From positions 12,028,001 to 12,092,000 of the forward strand of contig OZ024761.1 of the NCBI GenBank assembly GCA_964016885.1: 64,000 nt of DNA. Reading direction: 5' to 3'. Source of the DNA: Eledone cirrhosa (lineage: Eukaryota). Below are positions 25,737 to 38,334 of this stretch, piece by piece (the first letter of the stretch is position 1; each line of letters begins with the position of its first letter). The notes under the pieces were generated by a model. That model was not told the origin of the DNA and ran no database searches. It saw only the letters and a program-made list of their open reading frames with translations. The translations under genes and the position numbers were made by a program.

Positions 25737-28058
25737 ATGGAAAAACACTACCTGGATATGTCACTCAAAAACATACCAACCCAAGGTAGAAAGGAATATT
25801 TATTGAGCATGATTCAAAAAACTAATGAATTCATTCGACGTGTCAGGTGGAAAACGCTCCACTATGATAGAAGCCGTATGAACTCAACATTAGAAAGTGG
25901 TGTAAACAAAAAATTCGGTTTTAGGACTTGTAAAAACCCACCCACCAACCCACTATTAGATGCATTTGAGCAGGACCTTATGAACTTAATCCTTAAAATT
26001 AAATTCAAAGGACGCAACACCAACAGCAAATTACAGAAAGATATAAAAAAACTACTGGACGACCTTAAAAACACCAAAGGAATTGTAGTAAAAGCGGACA
26101 AAACATCAAACCTGTACACTATGGATTGCACTACATACAACAACTTCATTCGAAAAGAATTACATAAAAAATATAGAAAAACGAGTGAAGTAACCCTTAA
26201 GCACATCAATGATGGGGCATGCGAAATAGTGAAAAATCTCGGAATCGAAGATAGGACAGGACCACTCTTACCGGCGGTACCCACTTTCAATCTTAAGGAC
26301 CACAAGGTAAACTTTGATAATGACCCTAAAATTAGATTAATCTGCCCCTCTAAATCAGATATAGGTAAAATAAGCAAATATATCTTAGATAGAATCATCC
26401 CCCAAATTAAGGCTAAGGTTAACATTAAACTCTGGGGGAAGACCCAAGAAGCAATAAGATGGTTTAATAGCATTAGCAATAAGAATAAATCTAAGTTTAT
26501 CCAGTTTGATATCGATGAATATTACTCATCGATATCACCTGAAACTTTGAATAGAGCCATTAAGTTTGCTAAGGATAACTCCGACCTTACAAACGATGAA
26601 ATTAAGATTATATTAGAAGCTAGGAAAACTATAGTCAAATTTGAGAACAGTTATTGGGTACGTAAAGATAGACCCTCTAACTTTGACATAACAATGGGCT
26701 CTAACGATTCAGCGGAAATAACTGATATTGTGGGGTTATTTATCGCCTTTAGACTCCAGGAAAAATTCAGCAATCTCCACGGCGGAATATACCGCGACGA
26801 TGTTCTCCTCCTAGCTAAAAACCTTAATAACCAAAAACTAGAAAAACTACGCAAAGATATAAGAAAACTACTACTCGAAATAGGACTAACTATAACATAT
26901 GAATACAACCTTAAAGTAGTTAACTTCCTGGATGTCACACTCAATTTAAACTCTGGTTTGATTAAACCGTTTCATAAATTGAATGAAAATCTCAAATACG
27001 TAAATGTTGGGTCTAACCACCCCATCTCTATAATTAAATCTATCCCTAAAAATATTTCCCTTAGAATCTCGGGTCTATCTTCTAACATACAAGTATTTAA
27101 GGAACACGCCGAGTACTACGATAACGCCCTTAGTAAAGCAGGCTACCTCAACAAAATAGAGTACATAGATGGGAACAATCAAAACACCCAAAATAAATCC
27201 CACATAGGTAGATATAATAACACAACACCAAACCACACTTACCACCATAGTATGCACACCAGTAAACCAACAAACAAAACTAATAGAAAGCGATGCAAAG
27301 AGTACTTATGGTATAACCCCGAATACAATAGCTCCATTAGTACAAATTTACCAGTACTCTTCTTTAAAATAATTAAAAGACATTTTCCCACATCACACAA
27401 ATACCACAAAATCCTAAACCCTACCACTATAAGACTGTCATACTCTACAGCGTTAAACCTTGAACAACACATAAAAAAGATCAATACTAGAAGGTTAAAC
27501 GAAAACACTAAGAACTTAAGTACAAAGAACCCCCAAAAAACAGTAGACAATACACTACAGAACATAAATAAACCACACCTAAGTTCGTCCGCAATACTAC
27601 TCCAGAGAAAACCCAACGTACACAACTGTAACTGCACCTATCCTGACAACTGCCCCCTCGGCAATAACTGCCTGGAAAAAAATATTATTTATAAGTGTAC
27701 CATTAAATCCGGAGGCAACGAGTGGTATTACGTGGGATCAACGGCAACATCGTTTAAATCTCGATTGTATAGGCATTCTTACTCAATAAAACACCAGAGC
27801 CAAAGAAATGTAACAACTTTAGCAGAGAAAGCTTGGACGCTCAGGGATAGCAATCAAAAGTTTACCCTAAAATGGGAAAAATTAGCTAAAACCCAAAGCT
27901 TTTCCAGGAGCCAAAATTTCTGCAAATTGTGTAATCTTGAGATTTATTACATAATCACACACAAGAAGAAACTGCTGAATAACAGAATTGAACGAACATT
28001 ATTCTGCCGTCACAGAACTAAAACCCTTTTTTCCCACTACAAGCCGAATATTACATAA
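25737..28058 (+). CDS. PLE RT plus GIY-YIG, 773 aa, third intact copy
   Basis: Translation appears identical to the other two copies, on the opposite strand. Confidence 0.95.
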   Translation: MEKHYLDMSLKNIPTQGRKEYLLSMIQKTNEFIRRVRWKTLHYDRSRMNSTLESGVNKKFGFRTCKNPPTNPLLDAFEQDLMNLILKIKFKGRNTNSKLQKDIKKLLDDLKNTKGIVVKADKTSNLYTMDCTTYNNFIRKELHKKYRKTSEVTLKHINDGACEIVKNLGIEDRTGPLLPAVPTFNLKDHKVNFDNDPKIRLICPSKSDIGKISKYILDRIIPQIKAKVNIKLWGKTQEAIRWFNSISNKNKSKFIQFDIDEYYSSISPETLNRAIKFAKDNSDLTNDEIKIILEARKTIVKFENSYWVRKDRPSNFDITMGSNDSAEITDIVGLFIAFRLQEKFSNLHGGIYRDDVLLLAKNLNNQKLEKLRKDIRKLLLEIGLTITYEYNLKVVNFLDVTLNLNSGLIKPFHKLNENLKYVNVGSNHPISIIKSIPKNISLRISGLSSNIQVFKEHAEYYDNALSKAGYLNKIEYIDGNNQNTQNKSHIGRYNNTTPNHTYHHSMHTSKPTNKTNRKRCKEYLWYNPEYNSSISTNLPVLFFKIIKRHFPTSHKYHKILNPTTIRLSYSTALNLEQHIKKINTRRLNENTKNLSTKNPQKTVDNTLQNINKPHLSSSAILLQRKPNVHNCNCTYPDNCPLGNNCLEKNIIYKCTIKSGGNEWYYVGSTATSFKSRLYRHSYSIKHQSQRNVTTLAEKAWTLRDSNQKFTLKWEKLAKTQSFSRSQNFCKLCNLEIYYIITHKKKLLNNRIERTLFCRHRTKTLFSHYKPNIT

Positions 28059-28377
28059 AAGAGGGACATCCCCCAACTATATAAACCTTAATCTAGTTAG
28101 AAAAATATAAAAACAATCTCTTTTCAACATATATTAATAACCTTAAATTACCATACTAATAATGAAAAGATATGCTGATGAGAATAGGTACAAATATGCG
28201 ATAATGAATGTGTCTAAAAACGTCCATAAGTATGTATATATATGTGAAAATGTATATAAATAAGTAAATATATATATATGTTTGATGTGTATAGTTAGAT
28301 GTAAGTGTATTCATGTATTAAAGTGCTTATATATATATATATATATGGGTGTGTGTGTGTATATGTGTGTATATATG

Positions 28378-28424
<47 letters not shown>

Positions 28425-29281
28425 GTATGTGTATATATGTATATATATATGTGTATGTATGTATGTGTATATGGATGTGTATGTATGTGTATGTGTGTAC
28501 ACATGGACTAGAGTATGTATGTATATATGTGTGTGTCTATACGTGTGTATATATAAAGATAAGTTGAGTATGAAAATGTATACACATGAGCGCGTATGTA
28601 TGTACATGAATACATGTGTGTATATATATGTGTATGCATGTGTATATATATGTAAGTATGAATATGTGAATTGTGAGTATATGTATTTTGTAGAGGTGTG
28701 CAAATATATTTGTGTGTGAATGCGTGGGTGAAAGAATACGTACACTTGAAAGAAAAATTTAAGTCTGAATGTTAAGTGCAAACACAAAACCAACCACGCA
28801 TATCTTTACTATCTCTAATCCTTCTATAGATTTAGAAAAATAACCAATAATATATTCTATAAAAAATGTCAAAACAACAGATGGGAATCTAATTAATCAC
28901 TGCCACCAAGAATTCTCACTGCTATCGAAAAACCACTCCTTCAACTATTCTTCTAACAACTTCACCCCTTCCTCCTAATATTCTCTATAAAAACTAAATA
29001 GGTCCTCAGTAATATTATTCTGATGAAATGACAGTAAACAATAACATTGAAATATTGAATGTCTGCATAACTAAAAGTTTGTAGATAGCTGTTTTAGGTT
29101 ATGTAACTGTTATAGAAACACGTGTCAATAAATTCCTTTCAACTAAACTGTATCCATTCAAATCTTTCTATTTTTCTCCGGATTACTTTTGGAACTACAA
29201 CTGGAACCGTCGAGCAAACTCTACGTGAGCTGATAATCTACTGTGTGTAATATTTATATTACAACACAACGGAAAAAACTG

Positions 29282-29315
<34 letters not shown>

Positions 29316-29403
29316 TATATATATATATACACACATATATAATATAATAGAATAAATATGGTTTTATAAAAAATTGTTTCCATTTATTTAATATCATTGA
29401 TAT

Positions 29404-29484
<81 letters not shown>

Positions 29485-29679
29485 TCTCTCTGCCCCCCCC
29501 CCCCCCAGTCATTTCTTTATCTTTTACAGATGATCCCTGTGAAATATTTTAAAGTATCAACTAAGCCCCCTCCCCATCTCTAAAGTCTGGAAATTGTTCT
29601 AGAAGGGTTAGACTCCCACATTTCCTTTCTCAACTAAACTACAGAAAAATGGTAACTTAAAACAAGATGTCTGCTAAAC

Positions 29680-30092
29680 ACCACCACCACTACTACCACC
29701 ACCACTAATACTACCACCACCACCACTAATACTACCACCACTACTAACACTATCACCACCACTACTACACACTACCACCACTACTACACAGTACCACCAC
29801 CACTACCACTAACACTACCATCACCACCACTAACACTACCGCTACTACCATCACCACCACCATTAACACTACCACTACTACACACCATCACCACCACTAA
29901 CACCACTACTACACACTACCACCACCACCACTAACACCACTACCACCACTACTACACACTACCACCACCACCACCACTACCACCACCACCACCACTACTA
30001 CCATCACCACCACTACTACCACCACTACTACCACTACTACTATCACCACCACCACCACTACCACCACCACCACCGCTACCACCACTGCCACA
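29680..30092. repeat. (CAC/TAC)n low-complexity trinucleotide tract
   Basis: Direct reading. Confidence 0.9.
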
Positions 30093-30489
30093 TTTTTTCC
30101 CTCCTCTTTTTCCTATCTTTCATTATCCCCTTGCCCCCCCCCCCATGTCACCTCATCTCCCCCCTCCCCACCCCACCCTCTACAAGTTCTTCCAATGACA
30201 AGTAGGTCACCAATGTGTGAAAAAGTACAACAACCTGTTGTTATTGTTGTTGTTGTTGTTGGTGCTGCAATGGAGGAGGTCAGCCTACAGTATTTAGCTT
30301 TCTTTTTCACTACTAAATCTCTCTCTGTCTTTCTCTCTCTCTCTCTCCCTGTCTCTCTGTCTCTCTGTCTCTCTGTCCCTGTCTCTCTCTCTGCAGGTAC
30401 CCCCCCCCCCCCACACATACATACATACATAGGAAAAGAGTCAGGACCCCGAAAGCTGAGCTCCAGCCATTTCGACAACTATATATATG

Positions 30490-30523
<34 letters not shown>

Positions 30524-30540
30524 GGCGCAAGTCTACATAT

Positions 30541-30893
30541 ATCATCATCATCACCGTTTTACGTCCGTTCTTCCACACTAGCATGGGTTAGACGGGTTGT
30601 CCTGTTGTGGGCAGTGTCCAGTCGCCTGATCTTGTCTTGCTCATACAGGAACTGATTCTGGCTTGATTTCTACAGCTGGATGCCCTTCCTAACACCAACC
30701 TCATTTACAGTGAGTGCTGGGTGCTTTTTTGCCGTGGCACCTCCACGGCCACTTTGCAGTGGAATGATAGGGACCCCAGTCCCTATCATCTCATTTCTAC
30801 AGCTGAGTAAACTGGAGCAATGTGAAATAAAGTGTCTTGCTCAAGGAAACAACACATCATCCGGTCTGAGAATTGAACTCACAATCTTTCGAT
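30541..30893 (-). mobile_element. tRNA-derived SINE with an RTE-type 3' tail ending in (GAT)n
   Basis: B-box GAGTTCAATTC, core CCTTGAGCAAGACACTTTATTTCAC, and tail GGTTGGTGTTAGGAAGGGCATCCAGCTG...GGACGTAAAACGGTGATGATG shared with the RTE 3'UTR. Confidence 0.8.
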
Positions 30894-30987
30894 TATATAT
30901 ATATATATATATATACATTATATTTATATATACAAATAGATAGATGCACATACTACACATACTAGATGCACGAGTCTACATGTTAAA

Positions 30988-31079
30988 ACATATCTTAGGA
31001 GCTTCCGGTCCCAGAGTTAGGTTTGATCATTAATAGATCGTACCTTGAGCTGATCGACAGTGAAACATATGTAATATGT
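30988..31079 (+). ncRNA. Degenerate hammerhead (core CTTAGGA) with a long stem II
   Basis: Stem I ACATAT/ATATGT, palindromic stem III ACATATGT, GAAA and GTA site. G5 is mutated. Confidence 0.55.
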
Positions 31080-31138
31080 AATTAAATATGTAAATGATGC
31101 AACACTGATTCTTTGTTCCCTTATATATTATATTATAT

Positions 31139-31326
31139 GGCGGTGGACTGGCAGTATCGGTAGAGGGTCGGACGCTATGCTTTCTAGCATAGAGTTACGT
31201 CCCTTGCCATTCTGAGTTCAAATCCCGCCGAGGTTAACTCTGCCTTACATCCTTACGGGGTTGATAAAATAAAGTACCAGTAATGCACTGGGTATTTGCT
31301 GGCCTTGTGCCTAAAGTAGAAACAAT

Positions 31327-31327
<1 letters not shown>
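31139..31327 (+). mobile_element. Nin-type tRNA SINE
   Basis: Near-identical to 9825-10008. Confidence 0.8.
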
Positions 31328-31380
<53 letters not shown>

Positions 31381-31543
31381 ATTGTTTCTACTTTAGGCAT
31401 GAATGGGTCTACTCCGCCCCCTCTCCCCTTTTCTCCTACTGGCAGGTTTGGCTACCTCCCCCACCAACTTGCCATCGCTGAATTACTACTACCTTGTGGG
31501 ATGACCAATCCTGGTGATTATCTCTTTGACCATATATGGAATT

Positions 31544-31638
31544 GCCCCTTGACAAGTTCGGCTATTTAAATACCAGAACTGATTTTTCATTCAGTACAGA
31601 ATTAGCCGTCGAAACGGCTTGAGCTCAGCCGTCGGGGT
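31544..31638 (+). ncRNA. Hammerhead with a U3-A8 core variant (TTGACAA) in a PLE pLTR remnant (~31400-31730)
   Basis: Stem I GCCCC/GGGGT, TTGACAA, stem II CGGCTA/TAGCCG, GAAA, stem III ACGGCT/AGCCGT, GTC site. Confidence 0.72.
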
Positions 31639-31742
31639 CTTACTTACTCCTATTACCCACTCTACTACCCTAAGTATTGAGTACTTTGGTGCGTTATGGT
31701 CCACCTGGTTCCTTACCACTTTTCCCTCGCTATATATGTATA

Positions 31743-31779
<37 letters not shown>

Positions 31780-32042
31780 GTAGGAGGTGAGTTTTATTGT
31801 AGTACTGTAGTACTGTGAAACAATATATATTTTTCTCAGTTGTAAAGGCTATCTCTCTCTATCACCCATCTCTCCTCCTATCTCATCCTCCCCCACCATT
31901 CTTTACTCTCATCTCCTCTTCTTTGTCACCCCCCCCCCCCACCCCCCCCCCATATCACACATCAATCTTAAATTACTTTTCATATGTTGATTTAAAACTT
32001 CACTATTCACAAGGGTTTGTTAACCTTCATATCATATATCCC

Positions 32043-32113
32043 TATTTTATCTGATGAAAACCCAAATGTCATCTCATGATGATATTTGTTTTTGAAATGT
32101 GCATAATAAAATA
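32043..32113 (+). ncRNA. Intact type I hammerhead ribozyme
   Basis: Perfect 8-bp stem I TATTTTAT/ATAAAATA, CTGATGA, stem II AAA/TTT plus CAAATGTCATC/GATGATATTTG, GAAA, stem III ATGTGCAT, ATA site. Confidence 0.82.
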
Positions 32114-32167
32114 CTTGGAACTCTTTTAACCATCTTTTGATCTTATATATATGTATATATATATATA

Positions 32168-32623
32168 TATGACAATGTCACTGGACCGAGACCTTTGGCG
32201 GTACTCAGTAATAGAGAAGACCCGCCTTACCTAAATACATAGTAAAACCTACTACAGCCAGTAGGCATCTCTAACAAAATACACCCCTGTCCCACCACCC
32301 CCACCCAATCCACACCACCCCTTTCAATGTAAAGTTATGTTGGTGCCACAACATCCAGGCCGAAACAAATGAGGTCGTGTAGGTGTCACGACAAAAAAAC
32401 ACACAGTCCACACTGTAATGTGGCCGTGTAGGCAACACGGTAAAAACCTCCCAGCCCCACACTGTAAATGTGGTTGGTGTTAGGAAGGGCATCCAGCTGT
32501 AGAAAACCCGCCAGACAGTCCTATGCGAGCAAGACAACCACTCTTGCCTCAAGTGGGAATACCCCCGTCCAAACCCATGCAAGCGTGGAATATGGACGTT
32601 AAACGTTGATGATGATGATGATG
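32168..32623 (+). mobile_element. RTE LINE 3' fragment
   Basis: Encodes TMSLDRDLWRYSV and carries the same 3'UTR and (GAT)n tail as the element at 38331-41779. Confidence 0.88.
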
Positions 32624-32764
32624 TATATATATATATATATATATAATATCAAAAGTATATATTGAGTTAGAAACTCACAATAATCTCTTATAGTCTCTCG
32701 ATAAAATAAAGTACCAGTAATACACTGGAATAATTGCTGGCCTTGTGCCAAATGTAGAAACAAT

Positions 32765-32803
<39 letters not shown>

Positions 32804-32976
32804 CATCATCATATATATATGTATGTATATATATTGAATAAAAACTAAAGAAGACAAGGAAAAGGAAGCAAATACAGACAGTATTTCCACCTCCTCAGTG
32901 GACCACTCGGGACACATTGTGTCTGTGTGTGTGTGTCTCTGTGTGTGTGTGTGCATATACGAGTGGTGTGTGTGTA

Positions 32977-33030
<54 letters not shown>

Positions 33031-33240
33031 TGTGTGTGTCTGTGTGTGAGTATGTCTGTGTGTCTGTGTCTGTGTGTGTGTGTGTCTGTGTCTGTGTGTG
33101 TCTGTGTGAGTCTGTCTGTGTGTCTGTGTGTGTGTGAGTCTGTCTGTGTGAGTCTGTGTGTCTTCCATCTCACACTACATATTTATATACAACAATGCCA
33201 ACCCTCTGGCATTCTTGTGCTTTTATCTACATTTTACATT

Positions 33241-33298
<58 letters not shown>

Positions 33299-33341
33299 TA
33301 AATATATATATATATATTTATATATATGTATATATATATAC

Positions 33342-33379
<38 letters not shown>

Positions 33380-33395
33380 TTATATATATATACAC

Positions 33396-33445
<50 letters not shown>

Positions 33446-33520
33446 ATATACACATTTATATATATATATATACACGTGTATATATGCAAGTGCACATAGC
33501 ATGTGTATGTGTGTCTATAA

Positions 33521-33558
<38 letters not shown>

Positions 33559-34039
33559 CAAATATATATATATATATATATATATAAATATATACAAATA
33601 TATACAGAAATTCAAATGTTTAGTTTTGCACTTATTTGCTCTCATAACTGCAACTGTCCCAAACTTGCATCTTTAAGTCTCTCCTCCCCCTCTCTCTCCT
33701 CCCCTCTCTCTCTCCTCCCCCTCTCTCCTCCCCTCTCTCTCTCCTCCCCCTCTCTCTCATCCCCTTTCTCCCCATCTCTCATTCTTTGCCTATCCTTTTC
33801 CTCCTTCTCTCTTCCTTCCATCTTTCTCTCTCTCCTGCCTTTTCTTCCTCTATCTCCCCATCTTTCTTCTCTCTCCTCTCTCACCCTTTCTCCTCTTGTC
33901 TCTCTCTCTCTCTCTTCCCATCTCTCTCTGTCTCACCCCTCCCTCTTTCTTCCCCCTCTTTCTTTTTTCCTTATCCCTCTCTTCCCATCTCTCTCTCTCT
34001 CTCTCTCTCCCCTCTGTCTCTCTTATCCTCTCTCTCCTC

Positions 34040-34322
34040 TTGTCTACCTCCTCTTTCCCTCCATTATCTCCCCTGTCTACCCCCTCTTTCCCTCCGTTAT
34101 CTCCCCTGTCTATCCCCCTCTTTCCCTCCATTATCTCCCCTGTCTACCCACTCTTTCCCTCCATTATCTCCCCTGTCTATCCCCTCTTTCCCTCCATTAT
34201 CTCCCCTGTCTATCCCCACTTTCCCTCCATTATCTCCCCTGTCTACCCCCTCTTTCCCTCCGTTATCTCCCCTGTCTACCCCCTCTTTCCCTCCATTATC
34301 TCCCCTGTCTATCCCCCTCTTC
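34040..34322. repeat. Pyrimidine-rich ~33-bp minisatellite (CTCTTTCCCTCCATTATCTCCCCTGTCTAyCCC)
   Basis: About 8 tandem copies. Confidence 0.88.
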
Positions 34323-34789
34323 ACCACAATACTAAAGGAAGATAAGTTTATTTGTAGAAACTGTGTCAGCGACATTTCCTTCAGCTTTTTATTTCAATTC
34401 CAAACAATTCTACAACTTTTAACAATTCAGCCCATTGTTATCACATGTGCATGTGTGTGTGTGTGTGTTTGTGCGTGTGAGAAACATATACAGTGTACCC
34501 CCACCCCCCACCCGGCATTTGTGGTCCCGGTTATTCGCGAAATTTTTCTTAGAATCTAACTAATAATTGTTTGTAGAAGCAACCTCAGCCATGAATTCCA
34601 TATCAAGAAAACCTAACCATTCACTTCTGTAAGATTTTCAATAATTTATTTGTTATCAGTCAACAGCTCCGGCCAGAAATGTTTCACCTTTTTCTGTTCA
34701 AACCAGCTGTAACTGGCCATACATACTGACATTAAGGTATTGTTCTCAAAATAGGTAATATCAAAATCTCAAAGATTCAATATTATGTG

Positions 34790-35895
34790 GGATAATTATG
34801 TAAGATAAAGCCTTTACTGTGAAAATACAAGAGTAAGAGTAATGTAAATGTTATGTGAGATAAAGCCTTTACTGTGAAAATACAATAGTATATATAGAGT
34901 AATGTAAATGTTATGTGAGATATTATATGAGGTAAAGACTTTACTGTTAAAATATACAATAGTATATATAGAGTAATGTAAATGTTATGTGAGGTATTAT
35001 GTGAGGTAAAGCCTTTACTGTGAAAATACAATAGTATATATAGAGTAATGTAAATGTTATGTGAGGTATTATGTGAGGTAAAGTCTTTACTGTGAAAATA
35101 CAATAGTATATATAGAGTAATGTAAATGTTATGTGAGGTATTATGTGAGGTAAAGTCTTTACTGTGAAAATACAATAGTATATATAGAGTAATGTAAATG
35201 TTATGTGAGATATTATGTGAGGTAAAGCCTTTACTGTGAAAATACAATAGTATATATAGAGTAATGTAAATGTTATGTGAGATATTATGTGAAGTAAAGC
35301 CTTTACTGTGACAATACAATAGTATATATAGAGTAATGTAAATGTTATGTGAGATATTATGTGAGGTAAAGCCTTTACTGTGAAAATACAATAGTATATA
35401 TAGAGTAATGTAAATGTTATGTGAGATATTATGTGAGGTAAAGCCTTTACTGTGACAATACAATAGTATATATAGAGTAATGTAAATGTTATGTGAGATA
35501 TTATGTGAGGTAGAGCCTTTACTGTGAAAATACAATAGTATATATAGAGTAATGTAAATGTTATGTGAGGTAAAGCCTTTACTGTGACAATACAATAGTA
35601 TATATAGAGTAATGTAAATGTTATGTGAGATATTATGTGAGGTAAAGCCTTTACTGTGACAATACAATAGTATATATAGAGTAATGTAAATGTTATGTGA
35701 GATATTATGTGAGGTAGAGCCTTTACTGTGAAAATACAATAGTATATATAGAGTAATGTAAATGTTATGTGAGGTAAAGCCTTTACTGTGACAATACAAT
35801 AGTATATATAGAGTAATGTAAATGTTATGTGAGATATTATGTGAGGTAAAGTCTTTACTGTGAAAATACAGTAGTATATATAGAGTAATGTAAAT
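34790..35895. repeat. Minisatellite with 72-bp units and 60-bp variants lacking one internal 12-mer
   Basis: AAAGCCTTTACTGTGAAAATACAATAGTATATATAGAGTAATGTAAATGTTATGTGAG[ATATTATGTGAG]GT repeated. The ORF track shows 24-aa and 20-aa periods. Confidence 0.93.
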
Positions 35896-36435
35896 GGTAA
35901 AGGGTTAAACAAAAATTACTCAAAAATACATTAGTTTATCTATCACTGTTTCTAGCAGAACCCCTAGGGACTTTGTGTGGAGCCCTGGGGTTCTGGGGAA
36001 CATCATTTCCATTTAGCATCAATTAGACGGGTCTTCCACGCCGGGAGACAAGTCTGGCCATGGTTGGCCATGTGTCACACCTTGCTCCGGTGAGGACTGT
36101 AAATCAGGCTGGGGGAGTATTTTACAGCTGGATGCCCCTTCCCAGTTCAGAAATGCTGGGCCAAACCTTTCAGAAAGAGGATAACCTAGCTTGTGTCTGG
36201 AATCAATGCTATCAGAAAATTGGATGTGTTTGTTGTACTACAACAAAAACAAACAAGAAATAATAGTATTAGAATGAAAAATTACACACTTCGATATCTT
36301 GTGCTGGCTTTGATGAATCTAGTTTTAAAACAGCTGTTAAAGTTTGTCTTCTCTATGAAGCAGGTGTATGTGAGATAGAAATCACATAAATATGATATAT
36401 ATATACACACATGCACATATATATATATATACACC

Positions 36436-36477
<42 letters not shown>

Positions 36478-36494
36478 CACCCACACACATACTT

Positions 36495-36525
<31 letters not shown>

Positions 36526-36530
36526 CATAC

Positions 36531-36571
<41 letters not shown>

Positions 36572-36641
36572 GTCAAGTATGAAATTTGTAGAAATTTTTG
36601 TTTTTCTATATATTTCTACAAATTTCATACTTGACGACCCA

Positions 36642-36672
<31 letters not shown>

Positions 36673-37224
36673 CATATATACATACAAATTTTAGTACAGC
36701 ATTAACGAAGCTTCAGGCAGTGGCTAAGCTAACGAATGCAAATTCGGAATGTAGCTTTAGCACTCGATGGAGAATAGTACCCCAGAGTTATAACAATACG
36801 TTTAGACAGCTTTGCAAATCAAATATAGCGATTGGCAGTCCAGCCACATTGCCATAGCAACGAAAATGGTTGGACTCAGGAAAAGATTTTATATACACAC
36901 ACACACACACACACACAGAGACACCCACACACATACAGACATGTATATATATATTCAAAAAGTGATTTTTAATACAACATAACCAATAGTAATACTACTA
37001 ATAAAATAAGTATGTTGTTGTATTTGTTATAAAACATTGTTTTCTAAAAGTCTCTCCTCTCTCCCTACAGAAATAATATGAAAGGTAACTTGGATTATTC
37101 AAATAATATATTGTTTCTTGTACTAAAGTTTTCAAAAGTTGTTAGAAAGAAAAGTGCAAGGTTTAAAGTCACATCAGTTTCTAGTCTCCTGAGAAATAAG
37201 TTAGTGTTTAATACTACTGTAAAT

Positions 37225-38000
37225 GTGTTAGGTATAGTTTGTTGTTTAACTGGAGGTCAGCTCTCCACCAGATGTGTTAGGTATAGTTTGTTGTTTAACT
37301 GGAGGTCAGCTCTCCACCAGATGTGTTGGGTATAGTTTGTTGTTTAACTGGAGGTCAGCTCTCCACCAGATGTGTTAGGTATAGTTTGTTGTTTAACTGG
37401 AGGTCAGCTCTCCACCAGATGTGTTGGGTATAGTTTGTTGTTTAACTGGAGGTCAGCTCTCCACCAGATGTGTTAGGTATAGTTTGTTGTTTAACTGGAG
37501 GTCAGCTCTCCACCAGATGTGTTGGGTATAGTTTGTTGTTTAACTGAAGGTCAGCTCTCCACCAGATGTGTTAGGTATAGTTTGTTGTTTAACTGGAGGT
37601 CAGCTCTCCACCAGATGTGTTGGGTATAGTTTGTTGTTTAACTGGAGGTCAGCTCTCCACCAGATGTGTTGGGTATAGTTTGTTGTTTAACTGGAGGTCA
37701 GCTCTCCACCAGATGTGTTGGGTATAGTTTGTTGTTTAACTGGAGGTCAGCTCTCCACCAGATGTGTTGGGTATAGTTTGTTGTTTAACTGGAGGTCAGC
37801 TCTCCACCAGATGTGTTGGGTATAGTTTGTTGTTCAACTGGAGGCCAGTTCTCCATCAGATGTGATGGGTATAGTTTGTTGTTCAACTGGAGGTCAGCTC
37901 TCCACCAGATGTGTTAGGTATAGTTTGTTGTTCAACTGGAGGTCAGCTCTCCACCAGATGTGTTGGATATAGTTTCTGGTTCAACTGGAGGTCAGCTCTC
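37225..38000. repeat. 49-bp minisatellite, about 16 copies
   Basis: GTGTTrGGTATAGTTTGTTGTTTAACTGGAGGTCAGCTCTCCACCAGAT in tandem. Confidence 0.95.
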
Positions 38001-38293
38001 GCTGTAAATGTAGTTGGTGTTAGCAAGGGTATGTGACAAAAGATAAACTACAATAAAATATATCTTTTGTCACATCACCAGTTGGAGGAGCAGATTGAAA
38101 CTGGAGTCAGGTCCATAACCCCTATGGGTCACCTTTAGCCAATCCTCTGTAACAGGTCGATACCCAATAAATATTTTTCATATGTAAACAAAACTTGCTC
38201 ATATTTTTCTAATATATCTACTCTGCCTGTGCATAGAATAGAGTGCTTGATTTGGTACCAACGCCAGTATTTCACCTATCTACCTACACTATA

Positions 38294-38330
<37 letters not shown>

Positions 38331-38334
<4 letters not shown>

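Larger units (their letters stand above)
15403..29286. mobile_element. Composite Penelope-like element insertion: about 2.3 tandem 3599-bp units on the minus strand (15403-23676) joined to about 1.56 units on the plus strand (23674-29286)
   Basis: ORF starts are spaced by exactly 3599 bp. The units are near-identical. The strand switches at 23674-23676 (shared AAC). Both outer ends are element 3' ends abutting (TA)n. Confidence 0.96.

Noticed and set aside
37225-38000. CRISPR-like reading of the 49-bp, 72-bp and 46-bp arrays
   Set aside because: The 49-bp and 72-bp arrays have no unique spacers, no cas genes are present, and the context is eukaryotic.
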